Source: Clostridiales bacterium (lineage in GTDB: Bacteria; Bacillota; Clostridia; Christensenellales; Pumilibacteraceae). From it: a stretch of 64,000 nucleotides of DNA. The position numbers and the translations under genes were made by a program. The notes under the pieces were generated by a model. It was not told the DNA's origin and made no database searches. It saw nothing but the letters and a program-made list of their open reading frames with translations. Below, piece by piece: positions 36,173 through 45,000 of this stretch (its first letter is position 1; each line of letters opens with the position of its first letter). The stretch is from contig JAFLVD010000002.1 in assembly GCA_022508485.1 (NCBI GenBank), forward strand, positions 18,226 to 82,225, in the 5' to 3' direction.

Positions 36173-37855
36173 CTACTTTCTTCTAAGATTTCTGAGGCGC
36201 TCTTCTCTCTCGCGCCTTGCTTGTTCCCTGTCTATCGGCGTAGCCGAAGAAGTATCTCTCGGTCTTACGCTCGGGCGTTCTGCGCCCGGCCTTGCACTCG
36301 GCCGTTCTACTCCGGGCCTTACGCTCGGGCGCTCGACTCCCACTCTTGCGCTCGGTCGCTCTACACCGGGTCTTACGCTCGGTCGCTCTATCGGCGTAGG
36401 TTCTGGCGTAGGCTCGAGTGTGGGTTCGGGTGCGGGCTCGGGCGGAGGCTGCGATATTATAGACTCGACGTTTTCCGTTTCCGCAATGGGCGGATCGTCG
36501 ATAATCGTTTCGGGGTTTTCCACCGTATTGCCGGTCTTACGCTGCTTTAACGGAGTAAACTTCGCTTGCGGAGTGGGAACGTCGAAACCGCTGATAAACG
36601 CCGCAAAATCCGCGTCGCTCATAACGGACGGAATAGGTTCGCCGTCGTCCTCGGGAATTTCCTCTATGACCGGCTCGTTGTCCTCTACTGCGTACGCCTC
36701 TTGCGTTACGAAATCGTTTGCGCCCTGCGGACCCTGCGCAGACATATAGTCCTGCTGCGGCTGTTCGGGAGTAATAGGCTCGCCGGAGAACATTGCGTCG
36801 ACCTGTCTGTCGTAAACGTGCGAAGCGTCAACCTCTTCGGTGGAAAGCGGCTTTACTGTTTCCACAAACAAATCGGACACCGGCTCGGCTTGGGCCGCGT
36901 CGTTCTGCTGCGTCCTTGCCGGCGGAGTAATGGCAACTTCGGGTATATCCGAAGCGGTCGTCCCGACCGGCTCGCCGCCGAAATCGCGTATTGCCTGGTT
37001 CATATCCTCTACGTCGTCTACGGGCAGCGCCTCTATCGGCGGAACCTGTTGCATCTGCTGTGCCTGCTGCTGTGCCTGCATCTGCTGATATTGCATCTGC
37101 TGGGCTTGCATCTGGCGCGCCTGCTGCTGCATTTGCTGCATCTGCACCTGCTGCGCCGCCTCGGGAATGGGACTGACCGGCTGAACGGGCACGGTATAAA
37201 CGGCTTTATCGCCTGCCAATACGCGCTTATAGTATGAGGCCTTAACCATATTGATATACGGCGCGACGAATATAAAGCCGATACCGAGCGTTATAACGCC
37301 TATAAGAATCCAGCCGAACATGGAAAACATCATTCCGATGTACTTACCCATTTTCCCGGTCATAACCTTGCCGGACGCTTTAAGCGCGGTCGACGGCTTC
37401 ATATTGGGATTGGCGTTAAGAAGATAGTTTGCCATCGACGTGCGAGTAAGATAAAAGACGCCGGGCACGATTAAACAAAGCAAAAGCAAAAATCCGAGTA
37501 CCGCTCGAACGAGATTAAGCCTTATTATCTTGCCTATTCCGTTACGCGACACGACGTCGGCAAGCCGCCTGACGTTATACGGCATACAGCGGTACGAAGC
37601 AAGATAAAAGTCGGCCATAGCAAAGCTTATAACGCCGGCAAACACGCTTACAAACGTAAGCATTATAACGCCGTATAAAAAGATAAGCACGGCGGAAGCG
37701 ACATGTCCCGATTCCGAAGCTAAAATACCGGCCGTAAGTATAAGCACGCCCAGCGTTACGAAAATTACATACTCGATAAGGTAAACGACTATCGCTTGAT
37801 GTAAGTTTATGGGAAGCTTTTGCCTCGCTTCCGATTTTATGTCCTTTACAGTCAT
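36173..37855 (-). CDS. DUF975-like integral membrane protein with a long low-complexity C-terminal half (poly-Q/M tract, acidic region, tandem ERPSxRPGx repeats).
   Basis: The N-terminus MTVKDIKSEARQKL plus four or more TM segments resembles DUF975. The C-terminal 330 aa are repetitive. Confidence 0.55.
   Translation of the reverse strand: MTVKDIKSEARQKLPINLHQAIVVYLIEYVIFVTLGVLILTAGILASESGHVASAVLIFLYGVIMLTFVSVFAGVISFAMADFYLASYRCMPYNVRRLADVVSRNGIGKIIRLNLVRAVLGFLLLLCLIVPGVFYLTRTSMANYLLNANPNMKPSTALKASGKVMTGKMGKYIGMMFSMFGWILIGVITLGIGFIFVAPYINMVKASYYKRVLAGDKAVYTVPVQPVSPIPEAAQQVQMQQMQQQARQMQAQQMQYQQMQAQQQAQQMQQVPPIEALPVDDVEDMNQAIRDFGGEPVGTTASDIPEVAITPPARTQQNDAAQAEPVSDLFVETVKPLSTEEVDASHVYDRQVDAMFSGEPITPEQPQQDYMSAQGPQGANDFVTQEAYAVEDNEPVIEEIPEDDGEPIPSVMSDADFAAFISGFDVPTPQAKFTPLKQRKTGNTVENPETIIDDPPIAETENVESIISQPPPEPAPEPTLEPTPEPTPIERPSVRPGVERPSARVGVERPSVRPGVERPSARPGAERPSVRPRDTSSATPIDREQARREREERLRNLRRK
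36261..36395. repeat. Five tandem 27-nt repeats inside the DUF975 gene (in-frame 9-aa ERPS[VA]R[PV]G[VA] units).
   Basis: Units start at 36261, 36288, 36315, 36342 and 36369, for example GGTCTTACGCTCGGGCGTTCTGCGCCC and GGCCTTACGCTCGGGCGCTCGACTCCC. Confidence 0.85.
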
Positions 37856-37943
37856 TCAGTATATTTTACAGCAAAAATCGATTTTTGTCAATAACTATAA
37901 TAATATTTTAAATAATTTGGATTGCGGCTTTTTGGAGTAAATG

Positions 37944-38783
37944 TTAAATAACGGTAAGCCGATTTAAAAAATCGCCGTCAAATTGCGGCTTTACCGAAAA
38001 AACCTTGCCGTTAAGATAGCTCAGTCGTCCGCCGAGTCCGTTAAACTCGATTGAATTTGCACGAAGCAGTTGACTGTCTATCCCCTTTGCCTTTCTGCCG
38101 CCGTACTTATCGTCGCCGACTACCGGGCATCCGACATACGCAAGGTGCGCGCGGATCTGGTGCATTCTTCCTGTGTGCGGAACAACGGAAAGAACCGCAA
38201 CATTACCCAGTCTGTTTTTTACCGTGTACTCGGTAACGACGCTTTTACTTTCCGCCGTGCTTTTTTCGGTTATAAAAGCCGTTTTGTCGTTGACGGTAAG
38301 GAACGCGGACAAAACCGCGCTGTCCGGCTTAGGTACGGGCGAGACTACCGCCTCGTACACTTTTTTCGTTTTGCGCTCTTTGAATGCGGCGGCAAGCATG
38401 TCCGCGGCGCTTTCATTTTTAGCGAAAACTATAACGCCGGTCGTGTTGGTATCGAGACGGTGTACGGCAATAAGCGGCATTCCCGATAGCTGCGGTACGG
38501 CGTCGAACGGCGTGTGCTTGGGTTTATCGAACACGACGATATTTTCGTCCTCGTAGATAATATCAATTTTCCTTTCGGCGGCGACTGAATCGGGCACGAA
38601 TACGGAAACGGCGTCGCCAACTTCGAGCGAAACGTTTTTTCTTATCCGAACGCCGTTAACGCGCACCTCGCCGCTTTTTACGAGTAAATGCGCCTTCGAC
38701 CGCGAGAGCGTAGGTACGGCAACAGAAAGGAATGCCGCGACGCTTTCCTTTCTTTCTGTTACAAACTCGTATTTTTTACCCAC
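37944..38783 (-). CDS. RluA-family pseudouridine synthase with an N-terminal S4 domain.
   Basis: HRLDTNTTGVIVFAK catalytic motif and HQIRAHLAYVG. GTG start at 38783 after an AGGAG SD. Confidence 0.85.
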   Translation of the reverse strand: MGKKYEFVTERKESVAAFLSVAVPTLSRSKAHLLVKSGEVRVNGVRIRKNVSLEVGDAVSVFVPDSVAAERKIDIIYEDENIVVFDKPKHTPFDAVPQLSGMPLIAVHRLDTNTTGVIVFAKNESAADMLAAAFKERKTKKVYEAVVSPVPKPDSAVLSAFLTVNDKTAFITEKSTAESKSVVTEYTVKNRLGNVAVLSVVPHTGRMHQIRAHLAYVGCPVVGDDKYGGRKAKGIDSQLLRANSIEFNGLGGRLSYLNGKVFSVKPQFDGDFLNRLTVI

Positions 38784-38802
38784 TTTTTTCTCCTACCGTA
38801 TA

Positions 38803-40773
38803 TTATGCGCGAGCCCTTCTTTTTACACGCATAATGCTTGTAATTATAATGGCGGCAACAAGTAGCGCTACGACCGCCGCCGCGACCGCAATAAACAGCT
38901 TCACGTCGTACATAAACAGCTTAAACGCGCCGTAAAAGACAAGCGAAGCGATATAAGCCGCCGCTGTTTGTATAACGACGGAAAGCGTAGCAAGCTTTAT
39001 TCCGCACTCTTTGGATATCGCCGCGACCGTCGCAACACACGGCACGTACAAGCTGACGAAAATCAAAAACGAAAACGCTTCCGCACCGCCGCCTATTACC
39101 TCGCCTATTCCGCCGAGCGCCGAAATAACCGAAATTACGGTCTCTTTTGCGGCAACGCCCGAAATAAGCGCCGCGACCGCCTTCCAGTTGCCGAAGCCGA
39201 GCGGAGTAAACACGGGCGCGATAAAGCCGGCCACAGTACTCATTATACTCGATTCTATTCCGCCTGTAAAGCCGTACGCGACCGAAAAATTGCAAAGTAC
39301 CCACATTATTACACTTACGCCGAGAATAACCGAGCCGACGCGCCCCACAAACGAGCCGATATTTACAAGAGTCGACTTAAACACCCTCTTTACGGAAGGA
39401 ATTCTGTACGGCGGTATTTCCATAATAAGCGAGTCGTCGCCGCTCTCTTTTTTGATTACCGTCATTATTTTCAGAACGAGTAAAGCGGCAAAAAGTCCTA
39501 TTATGTACAGCGCGGCAACGGCAACCGACGGAATGGAAAAGTACGCCGCGACCGCGGTAAACACCGCAAGGCGCGCACTACACGGACAGAACGGCGCGAC
39601 AAACGCGGCGCGTTTTCTCGCTTCGCCCTTTATTCCGCGCGTGGAAAGTACCGCGGTTACCGAGCAGCCAAGCCCCAACACGACCGAAAACGCCGCGCGG
39701 CCGTTAAGCCCAAACCGCCTGAAAAATCCGTCCGTTAAAAACGCCACCCTGCTCATATATCCGCTGTCTTGAAGCACGGCAGTCAAAATAAAAAGAATCG
39801 TAACCTGCGGCAAAAATCCGAGCACTCCGCCTACGCCCGATATAACGCCGTCCGACAAAAGCGAACGCGCCCAATCGGGAAGGTTCGCTTTACTTGCAAG
39901 TCTCGAAAGCGCGGCAATACCTCGCCCTATTAAATCGGACAAAGGCTTTCCTGCCTCGAAGGTTATGACAAAAACCGCCGTCATTATAAGAAGAAAAATA
40001 GGCAAAGCGAACCTGCCGAGCGCCGCTCTGTCTATCTTATCCGTTTTTTCGTATACGTTTTTTTGCTCTACCACGCCGTACAGAACTCTGTCGATATAGG
40101 CATAACGCATTGCCGCCGGACTGTCTCTGTCCGTACACCCGGCGCAAATGTCGCCGCAGTTTAAACACGGCCTCATTTTTTGGATAACGTACTCGTCCTT
40201 CTCCACAACTTTAAGCGCACCGAAAACGGGATTTATCCCGGCACGCCTTGCGGCGGAAACTACCGAAAAATTTATTTTGTCGGCGTAAGGAACGCTCGGC
40301 GGCGGCGCGCTTAAAGCAAGTCTCGCCGCGGCAAGAATCTCGCCTTTCGGGTTTTTCCACCTTTCGGACGAGCCTACGACTGGGATTGAAAGCCGCTCGG
40401 AAAGCAGTTTAAGGTTTACCTTGCCTTTTGCCTCGTCCATCATGTTTACGACAAGTACTGTTCTTTTTCCGGCTTCCATAAGCTGGACGAGAAAATAAAG
40501 ATTGCGCCGCAGATTGTTAACCTCGGAGGCGCAAACCAAAACATCGTAATCGCCGAACAGCGCCTCGTCGCGCGTTATGCACTCTTCGGGCGTGCGCGCC
40601 GTAAGCGAGTACGCGCCGGGAAGATCGCTAACCGTGTCGCCGCTGTTTAAGCGTTTTGTTTTTATGTCGACCGTAACCCCGTGCCAGTTTCCGACCGGCG
40701 CGGAAGAATTGGTAATTCTGTTAAAAAGCGTCGTTTTACCGACGTTTGGATTTCCGCAGAGCGCGATTTTCAT
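38803..40773 (-). CDS. feoB: Ferrous iron transporter FeoB.
   Basis: MKIALCGNPNVGKTTLFN G-domain, DLPG, a polytopic C-terminal permease, 656 aa. Confidence 0.92.
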   Translation of the reverse strand: MKIALCGNPNVGKTTLFNRITNSSAPVGNWHGVTVDIKTKRLNSGDTVSDLPGAYSLTARTPEECITRDEALFGDYDVLVCASEVNNLRRNLYFLVQLMEAGKRTVLVVNMMDEAKGKVNLKLLSERLSIPVVGSSERWKNPKGEILAAARLALSAPPPSVPYADKINFSVVSAARRAGINPVFGALKVVEKDEYVIQKMRPCLNCGDICAGCTDRDSPAAMRYAYIDRVLYGVVEQKNVYEKTDKIDRAALGRFALPIFLLIMTAVFVITFEAGKPLSDLIGRGIAALSRLASKANLPDWARSLLSDGVISGVGGVLGFLPQVTILFILTAVLQDSGYMSRVAFLTDGFFRRFGLNGRAAFSVVLGLGCSVTAVLSTRGIKGEARKRAAFVAPFCPCSARLAVFTAVAAYFSIPSVAVAALYIIGLFAALLVLKIMTVIKKESGDDSLIMEIPPYRIPSVKRVFKSTLVNIGSFVGRVGSVILGVSVIMWVLCNFSVAYGFTGGIESSIMSTVAGFIAPVFTPLGFGNWKAVAALISGVAAKETVISVISALGGIGEVIGGGAEAFSFLIFVSLYVPCVATVAAISKECGIKLATLSVVIQTAAAYIASLVFYGAFKLFMYDVKLFIAVAAAVVALLVAAIIITSIMRVKRRARA

Positions 40774-40981
40774 TTACACCGTCCGAAATGATAATTTGCT
40801 TTGCGGTATCCTTTCCGACTGACGCGCGGAACTGCCCGAAGTCAACCAAAACGGCCGAGCTTACCCTTGCCTTAACGACTACGTTCGAGCCGATAAGCCC
40901 CAGGTCGACAAGCCGCCTGTGCGTATCGACGTCGCCGCCGACAAGTCGTATTCGTCCCGAGGAACAGTCGAAAAGTGTCAT
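40736..40981 (-). CDS. feoA: FeoA-family small protein.
   Basis: 81 aa with RLVDLGLIGSNVVVK, an SH3-like FeoA pattern. It overlaps the feoB start. Confidence 0.7.
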   Translation of the reverse strand: MTLFDCSSGRIRLVGGDVDTHRRLVDLGLIGSNVVVKARVSSAVLVDFGQFRASVGKDTAKQIIISDGVNENRALRKSKRR

Positions 40982-40987
40982 AAACCT

Positions 40988-41434
40988 CTACTTGAATTCG
41001 TTAATGAACTCGATAAAAGTAGTAACGTCGCGGAACTGCCTGTACACAGAAGCAAAGCGAATATACGCAACCTGGTCCAATTCTTTAAGCCGTTCCATTA
41101 CAAGCTCGCCTATTTTTTGGGTGGTAACCTCTTGCTCGAGCGAGTTGTAAATCTGCTTTTCCACCGACGATACGAGCGCATCGATATCGCGAACGGCTAC
41201 CGGCCGCTTTTCGCACGCCTTAATTATCCCCGATTTGATTTTGAGTGGGTCGAAAGGCTGACGCGCACCGTCGTTTTTGACGACAAGGATAGGCGTGGAT
41301 TCTATCACTTCGTACGTTGTAAAGCGCTTGCCGCATTGCAGACACTCGCGCCTGCGCCTAATGCTGTTGCCGTCGTCCGTCGAACGCGAGTCGACAACCT
41401 TGCTTTCCGCGTTACCGCAATAGATGCACTTCAT
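40988..41434 (-). CDS. nrdR: Transcriptional repressor NrdR (zinc ribbon + ATP-cone).
   Basis: MKCIYCGNAESKVVDSRSTDDGNSIRRRRECLQCGKRFTTYE, followed by an ATP-cone. Confidence 0.95.
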   Translation of the reverse strand: MKCIYCGNAESKVVDSRSTDDGNSIRRRRECLQCGKRFTTYEVIESTPILVVKNDGARQPFDPLKIKSGIIKACEKRPVAVRDIDALVSSVEKQIYNSLEQEVTTQKIGELVMERLKELDQVAYIRFASVYRQFRDVTTFIEFINEFK

Positions 41435-41590
41435 ATTACGCTCTCTCCTATGTAAATATGTATATTTGAAATAAATTTATAAAAGAATGTTTCGTAGAAG
41501 CAATAAACATTATTCTACTTATATCATTATACCTCAATAATTGATTTTTGTCAACATTTATCGATATTATGCAGGGATATAAAACGCAAT

Positions 41591-41619
41591 AAATCCGCGC
41601 CGAGCTTTGACGCGGATTT
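41591..41619 (-). terminator. Hairpin terminator downstream of ylmC/ymxH.
   Basis: AAATCCGCG-11 nt-CGCGGATTT. Confidence 0.55.
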
Positions 41620-41634
41620 AATTCCCGATATTTT

Positions 41635-42012
41635 TTACGCCGTTTCCCACCGCCCCGAGCAGTCGAACAGCATGCACTTTTCGCACTTGCCGTCGCAGTC
41701 TCTGTCCTTCTTTTTCTTGGGTACTGGCGAACATTCGTCTTTGTCCTTTGGCGGCGGCGGAAAGACCACGCCCGATTCCGCAATCTCGACTATTATAACG
41801 TCCTCGCCTATTTTTTGCACGCACTGCCACGGAATAAAAAGGTCCTGCGGTTTAGCGAAAAAGCTCTTTTTTCCGTACGGAAGAATAATGCCGCGCACCC
41901 TGCCGTCCTTGACCGAAAACACAAGGTCGACTATGTGTCCCATTCTGCGCCCGTCGCTGCCGTTAATAACCTCGCGGCGTCTTAAATCGGTATAAGTGAT
42001 GTCTGTATCCAT
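41635..42012 (-). CDS. YlmC/YmxH-family (PRC-barrel) sporulation protein with a Cys-rich C-terminal extension.
   Basis: DLRRREVINGSDGRRMGHIVDLVFSVKDGRVRGIILP. ATG 42012 (the track start at 42033 is TTG). Tail: ...DECSPVPKKKKDRDCDGKCEKCMLFDCSGRW. Confidence 0.75.
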   Translation of the reverse strand: MDTDITYTDLRRREVINGSDGRRMGHIVDLVFSVKDGRVRGIILPYGKKSFFAKPQDLFIPWQCVQKIGEDVIIVEIAESGVVFPPPPKDKDECSPVPKKKKDRDCDGKCEKCMLFDCSGRWETA

Positions 42013-42194
42013 AATCGGTATATATGCCGGCAAGCGAAAAAGTGTTACCGCATTTTACCGCCGAAAAGGTAAATTCGACATTCTTAGTATTATTTGTGTA
42101 GTTACATCTTCCGTTAAATGAATACCTTCCGAGCGATTAAGCCAAACTTAAATTCGTGGGCAACACGTCCAACTTCTATGCAAAAGAGGTATTT

Positions 42195-42962
42195 ATGAAC
42201 GGAAGAGTGGAAATCTGCGGACTCGACACCTCGACGCTGCCTAAGTTAAAGCACGAGGAAATGATGGAGTTAATAGTTAAGGCGCAAAACGGCGACGAAC
42301 AAGCTCGCGACAAGTTTATTATGGCTAACCTTCGGCTCGTGCTGTCTGTCTCTCAACGCTTTGCGCAGAAAAAGCAAAGTATGGACGACATCTTTCAGGT
42401 CGGTTGTATCGGGCTTATCAAGGCTATGGAAAACTTCAACGTCGCATACAACCTGCGTTTTTCCACCTACGCCGTGCCCATGATAATCGGTGAGATACGG
42501 CGCTATCTTCGCGACTGCTCGGCACTTAGGGTATCACGCTCGGTGCGCGACACTGCGTACCACGCTCTTCGCGCGCGTCAGGAAATAGAACGCGAACGAG
42601 GCGACGTGGCAACCGTCGACGATATTGCCGCGGCTCTTAACCTTCCCGTGTCGGACGTAGTGTACGCGCTCGACGGGATATCCGACCCTATCTCGATATT
42701 CGACCCGGTGTATCACGACGGCGACGATACCGTTCTCGTAATGGACCAAATCGCCGGCTCGGACGATCAAAACGCCCTAACCCGTATCGATATCGACGAA
42801 GCCGTGGAAAAGCTCGACGAACGCGAAAGGAAAATACTTTCCATGCGCTTTTTCGAAGGCAAAACCCAAATGGAAGTCAGCCGCGAAATAGGCATATCGC
42901 AGGCGCAGGTCAGCCGCCTCGAAAAAACAGCTATCAAAGCCATTCAAAACAGAGTTATGTAA
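42195..42962 (+). CDS. sigG: Sporulation sigma factor SigG (forespore, late).
   Basis: Collinear with B. subtilis SigG: VEICGLDTSTLPKLKHEEM, NLRLVLSVSQRF, FSTYAVPMIIGEIRRYLRD, GKTQMEVSREIGISQAQVSRLEK. ATG 42195 follows an AAAGAGG SD. The track start at 42156 is GTG. Confidence 0.85.
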   Translation: MNGRVEICGLDTSTLPKLKHEEMMELIVKAQNGDEQARDKFIMANLRLVLSVSQRFAQKKQSMDDIFQVGCIGLIKAMENFNVAYNLRFSTYAVPMIIGEIRRYLRDCSALRVSRSVRDTAYHALRARQEIERERGDVATVDDIAAALNLPVSDVVYALDGISDPISIFDPVYHDGDDTVLVMDQIAGSDDQNALTRIDIDEAVEKLDERERKILSMRFFEGKTQMEVSREIGISQAQVSRLEKTAIKAIQNRVM

Positions 42963-43045
42963 CGTTACGCGGCGTGTGTTTTAAAATGTTAAATATATGT
43001 CCTATTTAATCCGACAGTCAAATCGAGTTAACCTGATTGTCGCAG

Positions 43046-43077
43046 AAAAAAAGAGGCTCGTAAAGAACCTCTTTTTT
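43046..43077. terminator. Bidirectional terminator between convergent sigG and the glycopolymer operon.
   Basis: AAAAAAAGAGG-11 nt-CCTCTTTTTT. Confidence 0.65.
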
Positions 43078-43107
43078 GTTAAACGCACTACTTTTTATGC
43101 GACGGTG

Positions 43108-45000
43108 TCAATGCTTTTTCTTTCCTCGTGACGCACGATTTGACAGCTTCGATTTAAGCTTTTTTGAAACTTGCACTTTCCGTCGTGTCGAGGAACTTGG
43201 CGATTGCGGTTGTAGCTTAGTCGTTGTGGTCGCCTCTTCCGTCATGCATATTTTCGGTACTGTCTCAATTATAGTTGCGGCAGACTGCGTTTCTTCCATT
43301 GTGTCGAGCGACTTGAACGCCACTGAAGTTACGTCAGGCGATGAAATATCCTCTTTTGTGGATTCGGATTTTTCGTTTATCGTGTCGGGTTCTTCTACCG
43401 TGATAATTATCTCGTCGCTCGTTGTCGCCGCTACGGCTTGTTTTTTACCGAGCTTGGATTTCAGTCTGCGCCACGTTACGGCGGCGTAGTGGCGAAAATC
43501 CTTGTTCAAAAACGCAGCGGCTACGCAAATGGGAATGGACAATCCCAGCGATATAAATCCGTTTGCGAAAAAACTCGCAACGTTGGAACTCAAATCCACC
43601 GAACAGAAATGCATCGCAGTCAGCGCGGCGGCGAAAATCAAAATATAAACGTAATTTTTTAAGTAGTAGCTTTTCGCATTCGACTTAAAGGCGTATTTAA
43701 ACAGAACGTGCGGTTCTACGATATGGCAGATAGTCATGTTTGTTATTATAGTCGCGACTATTACCCCTACGACCGCAAACTCCTCACCCCACAATCGATT
43801 GAAGAGGAATACGAACGCTATGGATAGGCCTATGTTTACCCCTCCTTCTATAAGCGGCTTCCATCTGTCGTGGTAGAAGGTACCAGTCGCGTCTCTAAAC
43901 AGCAACGACGCGTGCCGCATAAACTGAATAAAGTAGTTAAGGGTAATAATAAACGACACGGCGCGAATCATTCTTAAATCGACGCCACCGGCTTTTTGGA
44001 ACAAAAACACGATAAGATAGTCTATTATCGAGTAATATCCCAAAAAGAACACCGCGCCCAAAACGAAATTAAACGTGTGGAAAAACGAGTGGTACTTTCG
44101 CGCGGTTTCCGCGTTTTCCTCCACAAACATGTGCCCTATTACCGACGTGAGCGGCGAAAAGCAAAGCGCGAGAACGCCGGTCATCGCTACCATAATCGTC
44201 GTGTAGTTGGAATACTTTCCGAGTATCTCTATGCCGATAAACGCCGAAATGATAATGCTGTCCGCGGTGTTGACAAGCACGGCTCCTATCTTGTGCATAA
44301 ACATCGCTTTGACTTTTTGCGTAACGTCCTTTTTAGTGTCGGCATCGATACGCTGTTTGTTTTTAATAATTCCGCCGTGCTTTTTACGGGCAATAAGCTC
44401 TGTTACGCCCCACTGAACGGCAACCGCGACGATTCGGCAGACGAGATACCAAACAAACGATTTCGTAAGTATCAAAACGACTATTTGAAGTCCGCATTGC
44501 AAAAGCTGACCGAGCGACGAAATAGTAGTCGTAATGTAGTTGTTTTTATACGCGTTGATAAGCGACGTTTTCGAGCTGAACATGTACGTCATAACGACGG
44601 ATAAAAGCATAAGCGCAAACGTCAGGTACAGATTGACGTCCACGCTCTCGTAATCCTTTGCAAGGAACGGAAGCGCCGGGATAACCGCGCAACCGACTAC
44701 GGCTATTATTCCGCCGATAATAAGGTACAGCTTGGTAAATAAGCCGTACAGCGCCGAAACCTTATCGTTATCCCCTTCCACAATCGGCTTATACATGCAG
44801 AAGGTTATAGCGCTACCCACACCCAGCTCTGCGACCGCCAAAAAGTTGAGAATGGACTTAAACAGCGAGTTAATTCCGTTAACGCCGTTGCCGATATATT
44901 GGATAAGGAACCGACGCACAAGCACGTCGGCAATCAAAATCAGTATTTTAAACGCAATCGAAACAGCTACGTTTTTTACACCGCGTTTTTTATCCAACAT
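43108..45000 (-). CDS. Wzx-like polysaccharide flippase (MOP superfamily) with a ~130-aa S/T/E-rich, Lys-terminated tail.
   Basis: About 12-14 TM segments over the first ~500 aa. Tail: ...TTSDEIIITVEEPDTINEKSESTKEDISSPDVTS...SRGKKKH. Confidence 0.75.
   Translation of the reverse strand: MLDKKRGVKNVAVSIAFKILILIADVLVRRFLIQYIGNGVNGINSLFKSILNFLAVAELGVGSAITFCMYKPIVEGDNDKVSALYGLFTKLYLIIGGIIAVVGCAVIPALPFLAKDYESVDVNLYLTFALMLLSVVMTYMFSSKTSLINAYKNNYITTTISSLGQLLQCGLQIVVLILTKSFVWYLVCRIVAVAVQWGVTELIARKKHGGIIKNKQRIDADTKKDVTQKVKAMFMHKIGAVLVNTADSIIISAFIGIEILGKYSNYTTIMVAMTGVLALCFSPLTSVIGHMFVEENAETARKYHSFFHTFNFVLGAVFFLGYYSIIDYLIVFLFQKAGGVDLRMIRAVSFIITLNYFIQFMRHASLLFRDATGTFYHDRWKPLIEGGVNIGLSIAFVFLFNRLWGEEFAVVGVIVATIITNMTICHIVEPHVLFKYAFKSNAKSYYLKNYVYILIFAAALTAMHFCSVDLSSNVASFFANGFISLGLSIPICVAAAFLNKDFRHYAAVTWRRLKSKLGKKQAVAATTSDEIIITVEEPDTINEKSESTKEDISSPDVTSVAFKSLDTMEETQSAATIIETVPKICMTEEATTTTKLQPQSPSSSTRRKVQVSKKLKSKLSNRASRGKKKH

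Noticed and set aside
36150-37237. Plus-strand ORFs of 199, 223 and 82 aa (36150-36749, 36566-37237, 36840-37088).
   Set aside because: They are antisense to the repeat-rich tail of the DUF975 gene. Their length is a by-product of GC-rich in-frame repeats, and they translate to low-complexity L/R/G/S strings.
38921-39772. Alternative-frame and antisense ORFs within feoB (127, 171 and 253 aa).
   Set aside because: feoB is unambiguous (G-domain plus permease). These ORFs are arginine-rich or otherwise low-complexity shadow frames typical of GC-rich coding DNA.
42195-42962. Whether this sigma factor is SigF rather than SigG.
   Set aside because: No spoIIAA/spoIIAB genes precede it. The N-terminal VEICG(L/V)DTS.LP.LK.EEM segment and overall collinearity match SigG as I remember it. 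Some residual uncertainty remains.
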